NCBI GenBank assembly: GCA_036677065.1 | Contig: JAKFBS010000003.1 | Span: forward strand, 128,001 to 192,000 | DNA from: Bdellovibrio sp. | GTDB lineage: Bacteria; Bdellovibrionota; Bdellovibrionia; Bdellovibrionales; Bdellovibrionaceae | DNA length: 64,000 nucleotides | Reading direction: 5' to 3' | In this document: one piece after another, positions 28,936-39,248 of the stretch | Layout: every line of letters begins with the position of its first letter | Numbering within the stretch: the first letter of the stretch is position 1 | Made by a program: the position numbers and the translations under genes | The notes under the pieces: generated by a model | The model's input: only the letters and a program-made list of their open reading frames with translations | What the model was told of the DNA's origin: nothing | Database searches by the model: none

Positions 28936-30090
28936 CTATTTCATTAACTGGGCAAGTGCGATTTTAATTTTATTGATCAGACGGGCTTCGTTTTGGCGAA
29001 CAGCTTCGCGGGTAATATGATATTTTTCGCCAATTTCTTGTAAAGTCAGGGGCTCTTCATTTAAGACGCGCTCTTCAAGGATGATTTTTTCTTTTTCATT
29101 TAAATCAGCTTTAATAGAATCGATCGCATCTTTTAAAAATTTAAGTTGTTCACTTAAAGCCAGCTGTTCATCCAGTGGCAGACTGCCATCTTCTTTACTT
29201 AGAATGCTACCCAAAGATAATGTTCCGCCGCCATCATCATCACTGGTTTTATCAAGACTGACATCACGACCTGAAACACGTTTCGCCATTTCTTCAACTT
29301 CATCTTTAGGGATTCCTAATTTATGCGAAAGTTGTGCGATATTTTCTGGTGAAGACATTTTTTCAAGTTCGTTTTTTTGGCGCTGTAATTGATAAAATAA
29401 TTTTCTTTGATTGGCAGTTGTTCCGATACGCACCATCGAAAATTGGCGCATCAGGTATTCTTGAATATATCCACGAATCCACCACACGGCATAAGTGATA
29501 AGACGTGCGCCTTTATAGGGATTGTAGTCTTTCACGGCGTGCATAAGGCCAACGTTACCTTCTTGGATAAGATCAATCATGCGGGAAGAAAAACGTGCGT
29601 ATTCAGCAGCAATTTTTACGACAAAGCGTAAATTTGCTCGCACCAGGGCTTGTGCAGCTTCTGGATCTTTAGTTTCAAAATATCTTTTGGCTAATTTCAT
29701 TTCGTCTTCACGGCTTAAAACCGGATACTTACGAATTTCATTTAAATAGGTCGTTAACGGATCACGTGAGCGAACACCTTGATCTGAAACAATTGACGGC
29801 AATTGGTGTGTCGGTTGTTCGATTTCAAGTTCATCGGCAGCTTGGGCTTCGTCTAAGTCAGCATCAACACTAGCAAGGTCATGCTGCGCATGAACATCAA
29901 TAGGTTCATCGTGTTCATGGTGATCTTCGACCAGAACGGCATGAACTTTTTTGATTTTGTCTTTAGGTGCTTTTAATTTTGTAATCGCTTTTTTAACCGC
30001 CGATTTAACGGCAGTTTTTTTAGAACTAACTTTTTTTAGCGGTACTTTTTTAGCAGACACCTTTTTCGTGCTAACTTTTTTCTTAGGCAT
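28936..30090 (-). CDS. rpoH: RNA polymerase sigma-32-family factor with Lys-rich N-terminal extension
   Basis: ANLRFVVKIA, DLIQEGNVGLM, TYAVWWIR, RpoH-box-like QRKLFYQL, TLQEIG..YHITREAVRQ. Confidence 0.85.
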   Translation of the reverse strand: MPKKKVSTKKVSAKKVPLKKVSSKKTAVKSAVKKAITKLKAPKDKIKKVHAVLVEDHHEHDEPIDVHAQHDLASVDADLDEAQAADELEIEQPTHQLPSIVSDQGVRSRDPLTTYLNEIRKYPVLSREDEMKLAKRYFETKDPEAAQALVRANLRFVVKIAAEYARFSSRMIDLIQEGNVGLMHAVKDYNPYKGARLITYAVWWIRGYIQEYLMRQFSMVRIGTTANQRKLFYQLQRQKNELEKMSSPENIAQLSHKLGIPKDEVEEMAKRVSGRDVSLDKTSDDDGGGTLSLGSILSKEDGSLPLDEQLALSEQLKFLKDAIDSIKADLNEKEKIILEERVLNEEPLTLQEIGEKYHITREAVRQNEARLINKIKIALAQLMK

Positions 30091-30096
30091 AGAACG

Positions 30097-30402
30097 CTAC
30101 GTTAATACCTTTTTAAAGGCTTTTTCGATCTCTTCTTTAATTTTTCCCTTGAACAGGGTTAATGCAAACGGGATGTCCACTTCAATAGCCACTGAACACT
30201 TGTCATCCTGGGGTTTGATCTTTAAATCAGCTTTAAATTGCGAACCATTGATTTGACATGATTTGTTAGACTGGTCAAAAGTCGCAGAAACCTTAGGATC
30301 GAACTTCTTAAAGTTATTATCCGAGTTCAAAAACGTTTGGATCTTAGTAAAAGCCTGGTCAGCCGTTAACGAGGCAGGCATTTCGAAGTTCAGTTTAGGC
30401 AT
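30097..30402 (-). CDS. Small protein resembling the polyhydroxyalkanoic-acid-system (PHA_gran_rgn) family
   Basis: 101 aa; MPKLNFE start and C-terminal IPFALTLFKGKIKEEIEK pattern. Confidence 0.55.
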   Translation of the reverse strand: MPKLNFEMPASLTADQAFTKIQTFLNSDNNFKKFDPKVSATFDQSNKSCQINGSQFKADLKIKPQDDKCSVAIEVDIPFALTLFKGKIKEEIEKAFKKVLT

Positions 30403-30534
30403 ATTATTTCACTCCTAATTAAAGATGAGTTTTGACTCGTGTTTGTCAATTATTATACTCTAGCTGTTCTATACTGGCTTGAACACCAGAAAAAGACGCG
30501 CAAAACGCAAAAAATTGTAGAAATCGGGATTAGT

Positions 30535-32352
30535 ATGAAATTTGTAAGAGAGTTAAAAAGAACAAATTACTGTGGCGAATTAAACAGCAATCATGTGGGG
30601 CAAAAAGTTGTCTTGATGGGGTGGGTTAACGTACGTCGTGACCACGGAAGCCTTATTTTCATCGATCTTCGTGACCGTGAAGGTATTGTTCAGGTTGTTC
30701 TTGATCCATCAAAAGCAGAGACCGCGTCAGCAAAAGAATTTCGCGGTGAATTCGTCGTTGCCTTAGAAGGCGTTGTTCGCGCTCGTCCAGATGGTATGAA
30801 AAATACAAAAATCAAAACGGGCGAAATCGAAATCGAAGCTATCCGTTGCGAAGTTTTAAATAAAGCCGAAACACCTCCGTTTCAAATCGAAGATGAAAAC
30901 GTCAACGAAGTTTTACGTTTAAAGCACCGTTATTTAGATTTGCGTTCGCCACGTTTACAACATCACATGATCACGCGTCACAAAGTGGCGCGTTTAGTGC
31001 GTGAATTTTTATCTGACAACGGCTTCATTGAAGTTGAAACTCCGATTTTATTTAAATCTACTCCAGAAGGCGCACGCGATTATTTAGTGCCTTCACGTGT
31101 AAATCCAGGAAATTTCTACGCGTTACCGCAATCGCCGCAATTACTGAAACAGTTATTAATGGTGGCAGGTTACGATCGTTATTTCCAAATCGCCCGTTGT
31201 TTTCGTGACGAGGATTTACGTGCAGATCGTCAGCCAGAATTTTCTCAGATCGATATGGAAATGTCATTCATCGACGTTGAAGATATCATCGAGATCAATG
31301 AAAAAATGCTTCGTTTGATCTGGAAAGAAATCAAAGGCATTGATGTTCCTGCTTTAACTCGTATGACGTATTTCGAATCAATGGATAAATACGGTAACGA
31401 TAAACCAGACACGCGTTTTGAAATGCACATCGTAAAACTTGAAGAAGTATTACAAAATTCTGGTTTCAAAGTTTTTGACGACACTTTAGCTCGTAAGGGT
31501 ATCGTGCGCGGGCTTTGCGTTCCAGGCGGACAAGCTTTCTCTCGTGGTCAGTTTGATAAATTAACTGAAATCGCGAAAAAAGGCGGAGCTAAAGGTCTTG
31601 TATGGATGAAAAAAGAAGCTGACGGCACAATCGCGTCTCCGGCTTCAAAATTTATCTCGCAAGAAAAATTACAGTTAGTATTTAAAACTTTAGGTTGCGG
31701 TGACAAAGACTGCGGTTTAATTGTTGCTGATGATTATGATCCAGCGTGCTCGGCGCTCTCAGCCCTACGTAATCACCTAGGCCGCGAATTAAAATTAATC
31801 GATTTCAACAAATACAACTTCTTATGGATTGTTGATTTCCCGTTACTTGAGTACTTTCCAGAAGATAAACGTTGGTTCTCACGTCATCATCCGTTCACGT
31901 CTCCGACGGATGAGTATTTTCAGGATATGATTGATAACAACGAAAAAGCGTACCCACATATGTTAGCCAAAGCTTACGACTTAGTTTGTAACGGCTACGA
32001 AATGGGTGGCGGTTCAATTCGTGTTTACAAACAAGAAATTCAAGCTGCAGTATTTCGTTTATTGGGATTATCTGATGAAGAAGCAAAAGCAAAATTCGGT
32101 TTCTTCTTAGAAGCTTTAAAATACGGAACTCCTCCTCATGGCGGTATCGCTTGGGGTATGGATCGTTTAGTGATGTTATTAACTCAAACTGAAGCTATCC
32201 GTGAAGTGATCGCATTCCCAAAAACAGCGCAAGCATCTTGCTTAATGTCAGACTGCCCAAGCCCAGTGAACCGCGATCAGCTAAATGAAGTAGGCGTAAA
32301 GCTTAATGCTCAGGCTGAAAAGTTTTTAGAAGACAGAGCTGCGGCTAAATAG
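30535..32352 (+). CDS. aspS: Aspartate--tRNA ligase, probably non-discriminating (Asp/Asn)
   Basis: [55 protein letters not shown]; the His in RRDHG and the Gly in RPDG match non-discriminating AspRS signature positions. Start taken at ATG 30535. Confidence 0.96.
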   Translation: MKFVRELKRTNYCGELNSNHVGQKVVLMGWVNVRRDHGSLIFIDLRDREGIVQVVLDPSKAETASAKEFRGEFVVALEGVVRARPDGMKNTKIKTGEIEIEAIRCEVLNKAETPPFQIEDENVNEVLRLKHRYLDLRSPRLQHHMITRHKVARLVREFLSDNGFIEVETPILFKSTPEGARDYLVPSRVNPGNFYALPQSPQLLKQLLMVAGYDRYFQIARCFRDEDLRADRQPEFSQIDMEMSFIDVEDIIEINEKMLRLIWKEIKGIDVPALTRMTYFESMDKYGNDKPDTRFEMHIVKLEEVLQNSGFKVFDDTLARKGIVRGLCVPGGQAFSRGQFDKLTEIAKKGGAKGLVWMKKEADGTIASPASKFISQEKLQLVFKTLGCGDKDCGLIVADDYDPACSALSALRNHLGRELKLIDFNKYNFLWIVDFPLLEYFPEDKRWFSRHHPFTSPTDEYFQDMIDNNEKAYPHMLAKAYDLVCNGYEMGGGSIRVYKQEIQAAVFRLLGLSDEEAKAKFGFFLEALKYGTPPHGGIAWGMDRLVMLLTQTEAIREVIAFPKTAQASCLMSDCPSPVNRDQLNEVGVKLNAQAEKFLEDRAAAK

Positions 32353-32420
32353 GTAGGCCGTACCTTTTTGGGGAGCAATGAGTCGAAGTTGCTTTACGAC
32401 ATTCGGATTCTAAAATCATG

Positions 32421-32459
32421 AGACCCAGTTAGTTTAACGATTAACTGGGTCTTTTTTTT
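32421..32459 (+). terminator. Intrinsic terminator after aspS
   Basis: AGACCCAGTTA/TAACTGGGTCT stem followed by a T8 tract. Confidence 0.85.
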
Positions 32460-32474
32460 GTATAGAGCTGATAC

Positions 32475-32789
32475 ATGGATTATTTCAGAACAGATTGCAT
32501 TAAGAGTTATTTTGAATTGGTTGCTTTGGTTAACAAGGGTAATCGGATTATCAACGAGCAGACCGAAGCAAAATTTTTCATTATTGAAGAAATTTTATTT
32601 TTAGGAATAGATCAAACTCAGAAAATTCAACTTTGTAAAAGAAAAGATCATTGGTATCCGTGCAAAAATTCTGGTCATGAAAATTTTGAAAAATTTAATT
32701 GTCAGGTCTTGAACAGATTTAAAATTGTGTCAGGTGAAGTTAACCAGCTTATCAAAAGTGAATTATTTAAAGAGTTTGATGATCTCTAA
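32475..32789 (+). CDS. Hypothetical protein
   Basis: 104-aa ORF in an otherwise empty interval; no motif recognised. Confidence 0.35.
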   Translation: MDYFRTDCIKSYFELVALVNKGNRIINEQTEAKFFIIEEILFLGIDQTQKIQLCKRKDHWYPCKNSGHENFEKFNCQVLNRFKIVSGEVNQLIKSELFKEFDDL

Positions 32790-33131
32790 ATATTCTTTGC
32801 GAGCTTCATCAATATCAACTTCGTCAGGGCAGTCGCTGAATTTTAAATCGAATTCATTTGTAGTTAAATTAAGAAAAAAATTAACATTCGTATCGACATA
32901 GCGTAAATGCGGTTCACTTCTTAATGGCGGATGCCATAAATGACCATAGGCTAATTTTTTATCGTGTAAGTTATCGAAAATCATTGAATGAACATCGTCA
33001 TCATTTTCAGGTAAAGTAATAATTTCGAATTCAGTGTCATTCTTAAATTGAAGGTAAACACAGTTGTCATTGTACAAATGACGGTGTCTTTTTACTGTTT
33101 CAATGTTCAGTATACTTTGTTCGTAGGTCAT
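32763..33131 (-). CDS. Hypothetical protein
   Basis: 122-aa ORF with TCCGATAA ending 6 nt before the ATG. Confidence 0.5.
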   Translation of the reverse strand: MTYEQSILNIETVKRHRHLYNDNCVYLQFKNDTEFEIITLPENDDDVHSMIFDNLHDKKLAYGHLWHPPLRSEPHLRYVDTNVNFFLNLTTNEFDLKFSDCPDEVDIDEARKEYLEIIKLFK

Positions 33132-33177
33132 ACGAACTTATCGGATTATATTAAGAATTCCTCGGCTGTTTCTAAGT

Positions 33178-34287
33178 CTAGTTTTCGAATTCCATCTGCT
33201 GTAAAGTGATTCCCATCTCTTCAACCGAAGTTAATTCATAGATTCCCTGAAGAGCGCGCTTTCCATTACGCTTTTCAACAACCACGATATTCTGAACAGT
33301 TAAACCAATAAGTCTGCGAATCGATTGTAATGACCATTGCGGCGCACCCATTTGAATCAGCATTTCTAAACGCAACAATGCTTCATGTGCTGTGCGCGCG
33401 TGAAGTGAACCAAAGCTGCCATCATGTCCGGTAGATAAAGCCATCAATAAAGCCGTGGCTTCTTCGCCACGAATTTCGCCGACACAAATACGATCGGGAC
33501 GAAGTCGTAACGCTTTTTTAATTAATTCGTTCATCGTTACATCTATTAATTTTTTAGTCGGATCAATACGGGTAAGTAACGAAGCATTTTGTGTAAAGAC
33601 AGGCTGCAATTCTTGAGTATCTTCAATAATCACCAAACGATCCTGCGACATTTCAGCAATCGCAGCCTGTAATAAGCTGGTTTTTCCTGAACCAGTGCCG
33701 CCAATGACTAAAAAGTTCTTCTTCTTACTAATGAGCTTTTGAATCGCAGAAATTTCTGCAGGCGTTGCCCAACCTTGAGCAGCCAAACGCTCAAACGTCC
33801 AGCGTGTTAAGGGCTGTTTACGAATCGAAACAATGTATTCGCCTCGGCAAATATCCGGAAAAAGCACTGTAATACGCAGATTATTCAGCTGCACTTCAAT
33901 AAACGGCTTTTCAGAGTTGATATAGGTGTTACAAAAACCACAAAGTTTTTCGATAAATTCTTTGTAACTGTTCACATCAAAAAAATGATCTTCGCTGCGT
34001 TGTAAAGAGCCCATTTTTTCAAAATAAATCTGATCAAACTGATTAATCAGAATCTCTGTTACCGCATCATCACTTAAAAGAGCAGTGATCGGGCCAAATC
34101 CGTTCAGCTCATTCAATATGCGCTCACGGATTGAATCATCTACAGTCTGCAAGTGCTCATCCAAAGACAGCGATAGGCTTTGCGCTTTAAGTTGCGGCGC
34201 TGCTTCGCTACCTGCATCCGCAGATAAAATCACTGATCTTTCACTGCGCAATTTATGAAATAGGTTTTTCGCTTGCTCTAAACTCAT
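33178..34287 (-). CDS. cpaF: Tad pilus assembly ATPase CpaF/TadA
   Basis: GFGPITALL.DDAVTEILIN, GGTGSGKTS, IEDTQEL, ALRLRPDRICVGEIRG.EA, STGHDGS. Confidence 0.92.
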   Translation of the reverse strand: MSLEQAKNLFHKLRSERSVILSADAGSEAAPQLKAQSLSLSLDEHLQTVDDSIRERILNELNGFGPITALLSDDAVTEILINQFDQIYFEKMGSLQRSEDHFFDVNSYKEFIEKLCGFCNTYINSEKPFIEVQLNNLRITVLFPDICRGEYIVSIRKQPLTRWTFERLAAQGWATPAEISAIQKLISKKKNFLVIGGTGSGKTSLLQAAIAEMSQDRLVIIEDTQELQPVFTQNASLLTRIDPTKKLIDVTMNELIKKALRLRPDRICVGEIRGEEATALLMALSTGHDGSFGSLHARTAHEALLRLEMLIQMGAPQWSLQSIRRLIGLTVQNIVVVEKRNGKRALQGIYELTSVEEMGITLQQMEFEN

Positions 34288-35531
34288 TCGAATATCTCTG
34301 GCGTTACAAAGATCATCATTTCAGTTTCATTTTCGCGAAAGCCTTGGCTAGAAAATAGTTTTCCAAGCACAGGAATCTGGCTTAAGTAAGGTAATCCCGT
34401 AGCGGCTTCGCCAATACCGTTATGAATTAACCCAGATAAAACAATCGTGCGCGATTTCACTAAATCAAAATGACTTGAAACGCGGTTTGCAGAAATTCCT
34501 GGAACGCCGTCAACAGCTTTAGATTCATCAGGTGTCGAAACCTCAGTTTCAATCGCAATACTCATTTGTCCTAGTGGATCAACAACAGGTTTAATCTTAA
34601 GACTTACGCCGTATTTTTTCCACACCACCTCGCGCGTTTTATGTCTGGTTAATACAATAGGAATTTCGCCACCAGCAAAGAATTCAGCTTCTTTGCCATT
34701 ACGGCAAATTAACGTGGGGCTGGCTAATGTCTTAGAATTTCCAGAAGATTCTTCAGCGCTTAAAAACAAATCAATAGACTGATCAAAGGTTACTTTTGAA
34801 TCAATCAGCTGGCCGCCGATCACTTTTTGCCATTCGATACCTAGTTTACGCGCGGTAGATTTTTTTATTTCGACAAATTTAACTGAAACTTTAATGTTAT
34901 CGCTGATTTCAATTTTATTTGGGTTATCTTGGGTAAATAAACCCACTTGATGCGTTTGATTGCGGCTGGTGATGCTGTTGTCTTTCGAAGACAGCACAGC
35001 TTTCCAAGGCGTCGACGAAAATATAATTTTAGGAGGTGTTATTTCGTGGTTTCTAAAATACTGAATATACCATTTTTCAACTTCAGCAGTTAATTTTTCA
35101 TTCATGGTTAATTTTAAAAATAATGAAGCATTCTTTTCTTCCATCTGCGAGATAATCTTCTTAAAATCCTCTAAAGAAAATATCTCACCTTTTAAACACA
35201 GAGTTTGTTCGCAGAACGACACACTTAATTGCGGGCTTTTGCGGGTTAATTGATTCCAGATTTTATAAGAGCCTTTAAAGCCTGTCGGAACAGACAAAAT
35301 AACCATTTCTTTCTGATCAATACGAATTTTCGATGAGCCCAAAGCTAATGGCTTTAACGTGACTGAACTTCCGCTTCCCGAAGCTGAAAATATTTTAGGG
35401 TTTTCAATCCACAGCTTATGCGACACATTTTTTAAAACATGTTCATCGCCCATTTCGACCATAATATCATAGTTAGGTGCGGCCAGAGCGAAACTTACAG
35501 GAAGCAACAAGCATAAGAGTAGTGTTTTCAT
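34284..35531 (-). CDS. cpaC: Tad secretin CpaC/RcpA
   Basis: Signal peptide; LASPTL...GKEAEFFAGGEIPI, WKKYGVSL.IKP, GLPYLSQIPVLGKLFSS, ETEMMIFVTP. Confidence 0.88.
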   Translation of the reverse strand: MKTLLLCLLLPVSFALAAPNYDIMVEMGDEHVLKNVSHKLWIENPKIFSASGSGSSVTLKPLALGSSKIRIDQKEMVILSVPTGFKGSYKIWNQLTRKSPQLSVSFCEQTLCLKGEIFSLEDFKKIISQMEEKNASLFLKLTMNEKLTAEVEKWYIQYFRNHEITPPKIIFSSTPWKAVLSSKDNSITSRNQTHQVGLFTQDNPNKIEISDNIKVSVKFVEIKKSTARKLGIEWQKVIGGQLIDSKVTFDQSIDLFLSAEESSGNSKTLASPTLICRNGKEAEFFAGGEIPIVLTRHKTREVVWKKYGVSLKIKPVVDPLGQMSIAIETEVSTPDESKAVDGVPGISANRVSSHFDLVKSRTIVLSGLIHNGIGEAATGLPYLSQIPVLGKLFSSQGFRENETEMMIFVTPEIFE

Positions 35532-35591
35532 AGCCAAAGAACAGTTCATAAACTGTTCCAGCGACTAGTGACCTAAACTAAATGAAATATC

Positions 35592-36704
35592 CTATTTCCG
35601 GATTTCCGGAAGAACAAAGCGGACGCTGACGCCGTTATCCGTATTGCTGATTTCAAGACGGCCCTGATGGGCTTTTAATAACGTCTGGCAAATAGTTAAA
35701 CCTAAACCCATGCCGACTGAATGATTCATTACATTTTCATCTAAAGTGAACGGGCTTAAGATTTTATCTAAGACATTTTGTGAAATTTTAGGTCCTAAAT
35801 TTTGGATTTCAACCACCACATTTTTATCTTCTAAACGAGACGACACTTTAATTGCGCTTTGCGCTTGGCCAAATTTAGTGGCGTTATGCAGGGCGCGAGT
35901 CACTAAGATACGAATATACTGGGCATCAGCTTCAATAGTTTCAACAGCCAGATCATAATCAATTTTTTGTCCTTTAGTGGCCATCATCTTGGCCATATCT
36001 TCAGGCAGCTGTTCGAAGAATGATTTAATTTTTAACGTTTCATAGCGAATCGGGATCTGGCCAAGTTCACCTTTGACGATTAATAACACATCATCGACGA
36101 TGCCTTTAAGTTTATCTGCCGACTTATTAATGCGATCTACAAACAAAGCCTGTTCGTCTGATAATGAAGACTCGCGTAATAAACCAGAAAAACTTAAAAT
36201 CGAAGTCAGCGGTGTTTTTAACTCATGATTTATCAAAATCATAAATTGCGATTTTGTTTTATCTAAAGATTGCAGCTCTAATAAGGCATCTTCAAGGGCT
36301 CTGTTTTTTTCTTTTAATTCTTTACGCAGAGTTAATTTTTCGTAAGCATTTTCTAAATTCTTTTGTAAATCTACAGGATCCCACGGTTTGGTGATGTATT
36401 TGTAGATCTGACCTTTATTAATCGCTTCGATCACAGATTCAATATCAGTGTAGCCAGTTAACAAAATCCGGATTGAATCGGGGTGGGTCACAATAGATTT
36501 TTCTAAAAACTCAGTGCCAGTAATCAGCGGCATGCGCTGATCAGAAATAATAATCGAGATATCTGGATTTTGGTCGAGATGAGTAAATGCATCTTGCGGA
36601 GTTGAAGCTTTAAATACGTTAAAACGCTTACGAAGCAAGCGTTCCATAGCATCCAGATTATCTACTTCATCATCAAGAAACAAAAGCTTCGGTTTATCCA
36701 TCAC
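35592..36704 (-). CDS. Hybrid receiver-histidine kinase
   Basis: Receiver LFLDDE...ISDQRMP...KPW; H-box HELKTPL; HATPase NATKF, GMGLGL. Confidence 0.9.
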   Translation of the reverse strand: MMDKPKLLFLDDEVDNLDAMERLLRKRFNVFKASTPQDAFTHLDQNPDISIIISDQRMPLITGTEFLEKSIVTHPDSIRILLTGYTDIESVIEAINKGQIYKYITKPWDPVDLQKNLENAYEKLTLRKELKEKNRALEDALLELQSLDKTKSQFMILINHELKTPLTSILSFSGLLRESSLSDEQALFVDRINKSADKLKGIVDDVLLIVKGELGQIPIRYETLKIKSFFEQLPEDMAKMMATKGQKIDYDLAVETIEADAQYIRILVTRALHNATKFGQAQSAIKVSSRLEDKNVVVEIQNLGPKISQNVLDKILSPFTLDENVMNHSVGMGLGLTICQTLLKAHQGRLEISNTDNGVSVRFVLPEIRK

Positions 36705-36873
36705 TTGATGCTAACGAATGAAAAAAATCCGGTCCAGCTGCGAATTTGCGAGCTGTCCTTTGGGCTACAGACCATAGACTAATTTTATTTACTGGACCCT
36801 GTAACTATCGCATAGACCTGTCGAAAAGTGATACGATGATCTAGTTATACGTGTACCTATATGAGGAGACTCT

Positions 36874-39165
36874 ATGTCGTTGAAAAACATAATTAATTTT
36901 CTTCTTACAAGCGTGTTTGCTTTTGTATTCTCGCTCAGCTTTGTAAGTGAAAAAGCGCAAGCTCAGTTTAATGCTTATGCTAATGCAGGCGTTAACGTTG
37001 GCGGTGGTGCAGGCTACTACGGTGGCGGCGGCGGAGGCGGTGGTCTTTGGGGATCAGGCTATTCTGGCGGACAACAAGGTTGTGGCTACCCGTGGAAGCA
37101 AGGTTCTGGCGCGACAAGCGTATCTGATGAAGAAAAAGAAGAACGTCGCAGAATCTCTGATTTACAAAAAGATTTGAAAGCTCGTCAACTAGAGAAAAAA
37201 CGTGCTGAAACAGAAATGCAATTTGCCGCCCGTAAACTTGAAAGACAATTCGACGGCGAAATTTTAGATTTCTTATTAGAGACTCATATCGAAAAAGGTA
37301 ATACTTGTAACGATTACGTAACGGCTCCAAATTTAAATTGTAATGCTCAAACAGGAACAACTGCAGTAGCTACAGGTTCTGCTTCTGTAGATCCAGCAAC
37401 CGGCCAACAAGTTGTAACAACGACTACAGCTGTAACGGCTTCTGCTGATTGCGCAAGTAAAGATGATGTTCCTGAAAAATTACGTCCTAACTGGAATAAC
37501 AAATATTGTGCTGCCAAAAATAAATCTGATGGCGGTAAAGTTTATCCGGCGATCTGTGCTGATAAAACTTTAAAACCAGACGACAGAAAATCATCTTCGT
37601 ACTCAACAACTGAGTGCGGAAGACAATTAGCTGATTATCGTAAATTTCGTATCAAACGTGATGAAGCACAGGCAAAAATTGAACGTGCTGAAGATGAAAT
37701 GCGTGACCGTGAATACGCTATCTCTGATGCCAGAGAGCGTGCAAAAATCGAACGTGAATATCGCGCTAAAACTCAATTAGAAGGCGAATGTGAAGATTGC
37801 GGAAGCGGCGATCGTGATGGCGGCTATCAAAAACCAAAACGTGACTGGGTTTCTATCTTAGGAACCATCGGTGTTGGTTTAGGTTTAGGTTACGTCGGTA
37901 AACAATATGATGAACGTAATGCAGAATACTCTGCACAATTAGGTTACCCACCTGCACAAGGTTACCCAACTGCAGTGAGCATGGGTTTTCCATTTATCTT
38001 AGCTGGTGCTTACGGTGCGATTAACGGTGGATCTGGTCTTGGCGGATTCGGTTGCGGCGCGGGTATGAACGGCGGCGGTTTCCCTTACGGAGCTGGCGGC
38101 GGAATGGGTGGACCATTCGGCGGACCAATGGGTGCATATGGTCCTTACGGTCCAGGTGGCGCCTTCGGATATCCTCAAGGACAATTCGGTTCTCCATGGG
38201 GCGGCGGAATGTACCCTCCAGGTTACGGCCCGGGTGGAATGATGGCTGGTCCAAATGGCGGATGGCCATATGGATTCGGAAATGGAATGGCAGTTAATGG
38301 CGTAGTTAATGGCGGATTCGGAAACCAAGCTGGTGGATTTCAAATGCCAGGTGGATTCCAAATGCCGGGTGGTGGTTTTCAGATGCCAGGCGGATTCCAA
38401 ATGCCAGGTGGTTTTGTAAATGGTGGACTCAACGGTGGTTTTCAGATGCCAGGTGGATTCCAAATGCCGGGTGGTTTTCAGATGCCGGGTGGATTCCAAA
38501 TGCCAGGTGGCGGATTTGTAAACGGTGGACTCGCTGTTAACGGCGGTTTTCCAACCAACGGTGGATTCCCAATGAACGGAAGCCAAATGACGTGTATGCA
38601 GTGGCCATGTCCAGGTATCGGCGTTGCAGCTAACGGCGGCTTTGCAGCCAATGGCGGATTTCCAATGAACGGCGGCTTACCAGTGATGGGTATGCAGCAA
38701 ATGGGAATGCAAATGCAAAACCCACAAATGCAATTACAAATGTTACAAATGCAACAGCAACAAGCTCAAATGCAAATGCAATATTACCAACAGCAAATTC
38801 AAGCTCAGCAACAACAGTATCAACGTCAAATTCAGGTTCAAATGCAGGCTCAACAAGTTCAGCAAGAGATCCAGAATTTACAAATGCGCTTACAGATGCT
38901 TTACACAGGAGCATATTCTGGTGGCTCATCGGGTGGCGGGTACTACGGTTCAGGTTCTTTAGGTGGATCAATCGGTGTTGCCGCACCTTCAGTAGGTGGA
39001 GCAACTGGTGGAGTTCAATATGGTTCGCCGACTTCAACACCACCGAACTTTATCCCAGGTGGTGGTGCTGGATACCAACAAAGTTATCCGCAGCCAACAT
39101 ATCCAACTTACCCACCAGCGGGTGGACAAGTAACTGTTCCAACGCCATCAGGTGGCGGAAGATAG
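36874..39165 (+). CDS. Secreted protein with coiled coils and a long Gly/Pro/aromatic plus Gln/Met low-complexity C-terminal half
   Basis: SD GAGGAG, signal peptide (AQA), 763-aa ORF followed by a terminator. Confidence 0.8.
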   Translation: MSLKNIINFLLTSVFAFVFSLSFVSEKAQAQFNAYANAGVNVGGGAGYYGGGGGGGGLWGSGYSGGQQGCGYPWKQGSGATSVSDEEKEERRRISDLQKDLKARQLEKKRAETEMQFAARKLERQFDGEILDFLLETHIEKGNTCNDYVTAPNLNCNAQTGTTAVATGSASVDPATGQQVVTTTTAVTASADCASKDDVPEKLRPNWNNKYCAAKNKSDGGKVYPAICADKTLKPDDRKSSSYSTTECGRQLADYRKFRIKRDEAQAKIERAEDEMRDREYAISDARERAKIEREYRAKTQLEGECEDCGSGDRDGGYQKPKRDWVSILGTIGVGLGLGYVGKQYDERNAEYSAQLGYPPAQGYPTAVSMGFPFILAGAYGAINGGSGLGGFGCGAGMNGGGFPYGAGGGMGGPFGGPMGAYGPYGPGGAFGYPQGQFGSPWGGGMYPPGYGPGGMMAGPNGGWPYGFGNGMAVNGVVNGGFGNQAGGFQMPGGFQMPGGGFQMPGGFQMPGGFVNGGLNGGFQMPGGFQMPGGFQMPGGFQMPGGGFVNGGLAVNGGFPTNGGFPMNGSQMTCMQWPCPGIGVAANGGFAANGGFPMNGGLPVMGMQQMGMQMQNPQMQLQMLQMQQQQAQMQMQYYQQQIQAQQQQYQRQIQVQMQAQQVQQEIQNLQMRLQMLYTGAYSGGSSGGGYYGSGSLGGSIGVAAPSVGGATGGVQYGSPTSTPPNFIPGGGAGYQQSYPQPTYPTYPPAGGQVTVPTPSGGGR
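38332..38505 (+). repeat. Coding tandem repeat, 8 x GGFQMP (18-bp unit, two blocks of four)
   Basis: GG(T/C)GG(A/T)TT(T/C)CA(A/G)ATGCC(A/G) units with synonymous variation. Confidence 0.9.
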
Positions 39166-39188
39166 TTTTAGGTTAATCTAAAATGTAC

Positions 39189-39220
39189 AAAGGCTGAGCT
39201 TAAAAAACTCAGCCTTTTTT
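39189..39220 (+). terminator. Intrinsic terminator
   Basis: AAAGGCTGAG/CTCAGCCTTT stem followed by a T tract. Confidence 0.85.
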
Positions 39221-39248
39221 ATTTGGTAAAATATGATAAAACCAATCT

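Noticed and set aside
37999..39043. Antisense ORFs (37999-38586, 38630-39043) and similar shadow ORFs inside the fibre genes
   Set aside because: They are explained by repeat and codon structure of the sense genes; no motifs or RBS.
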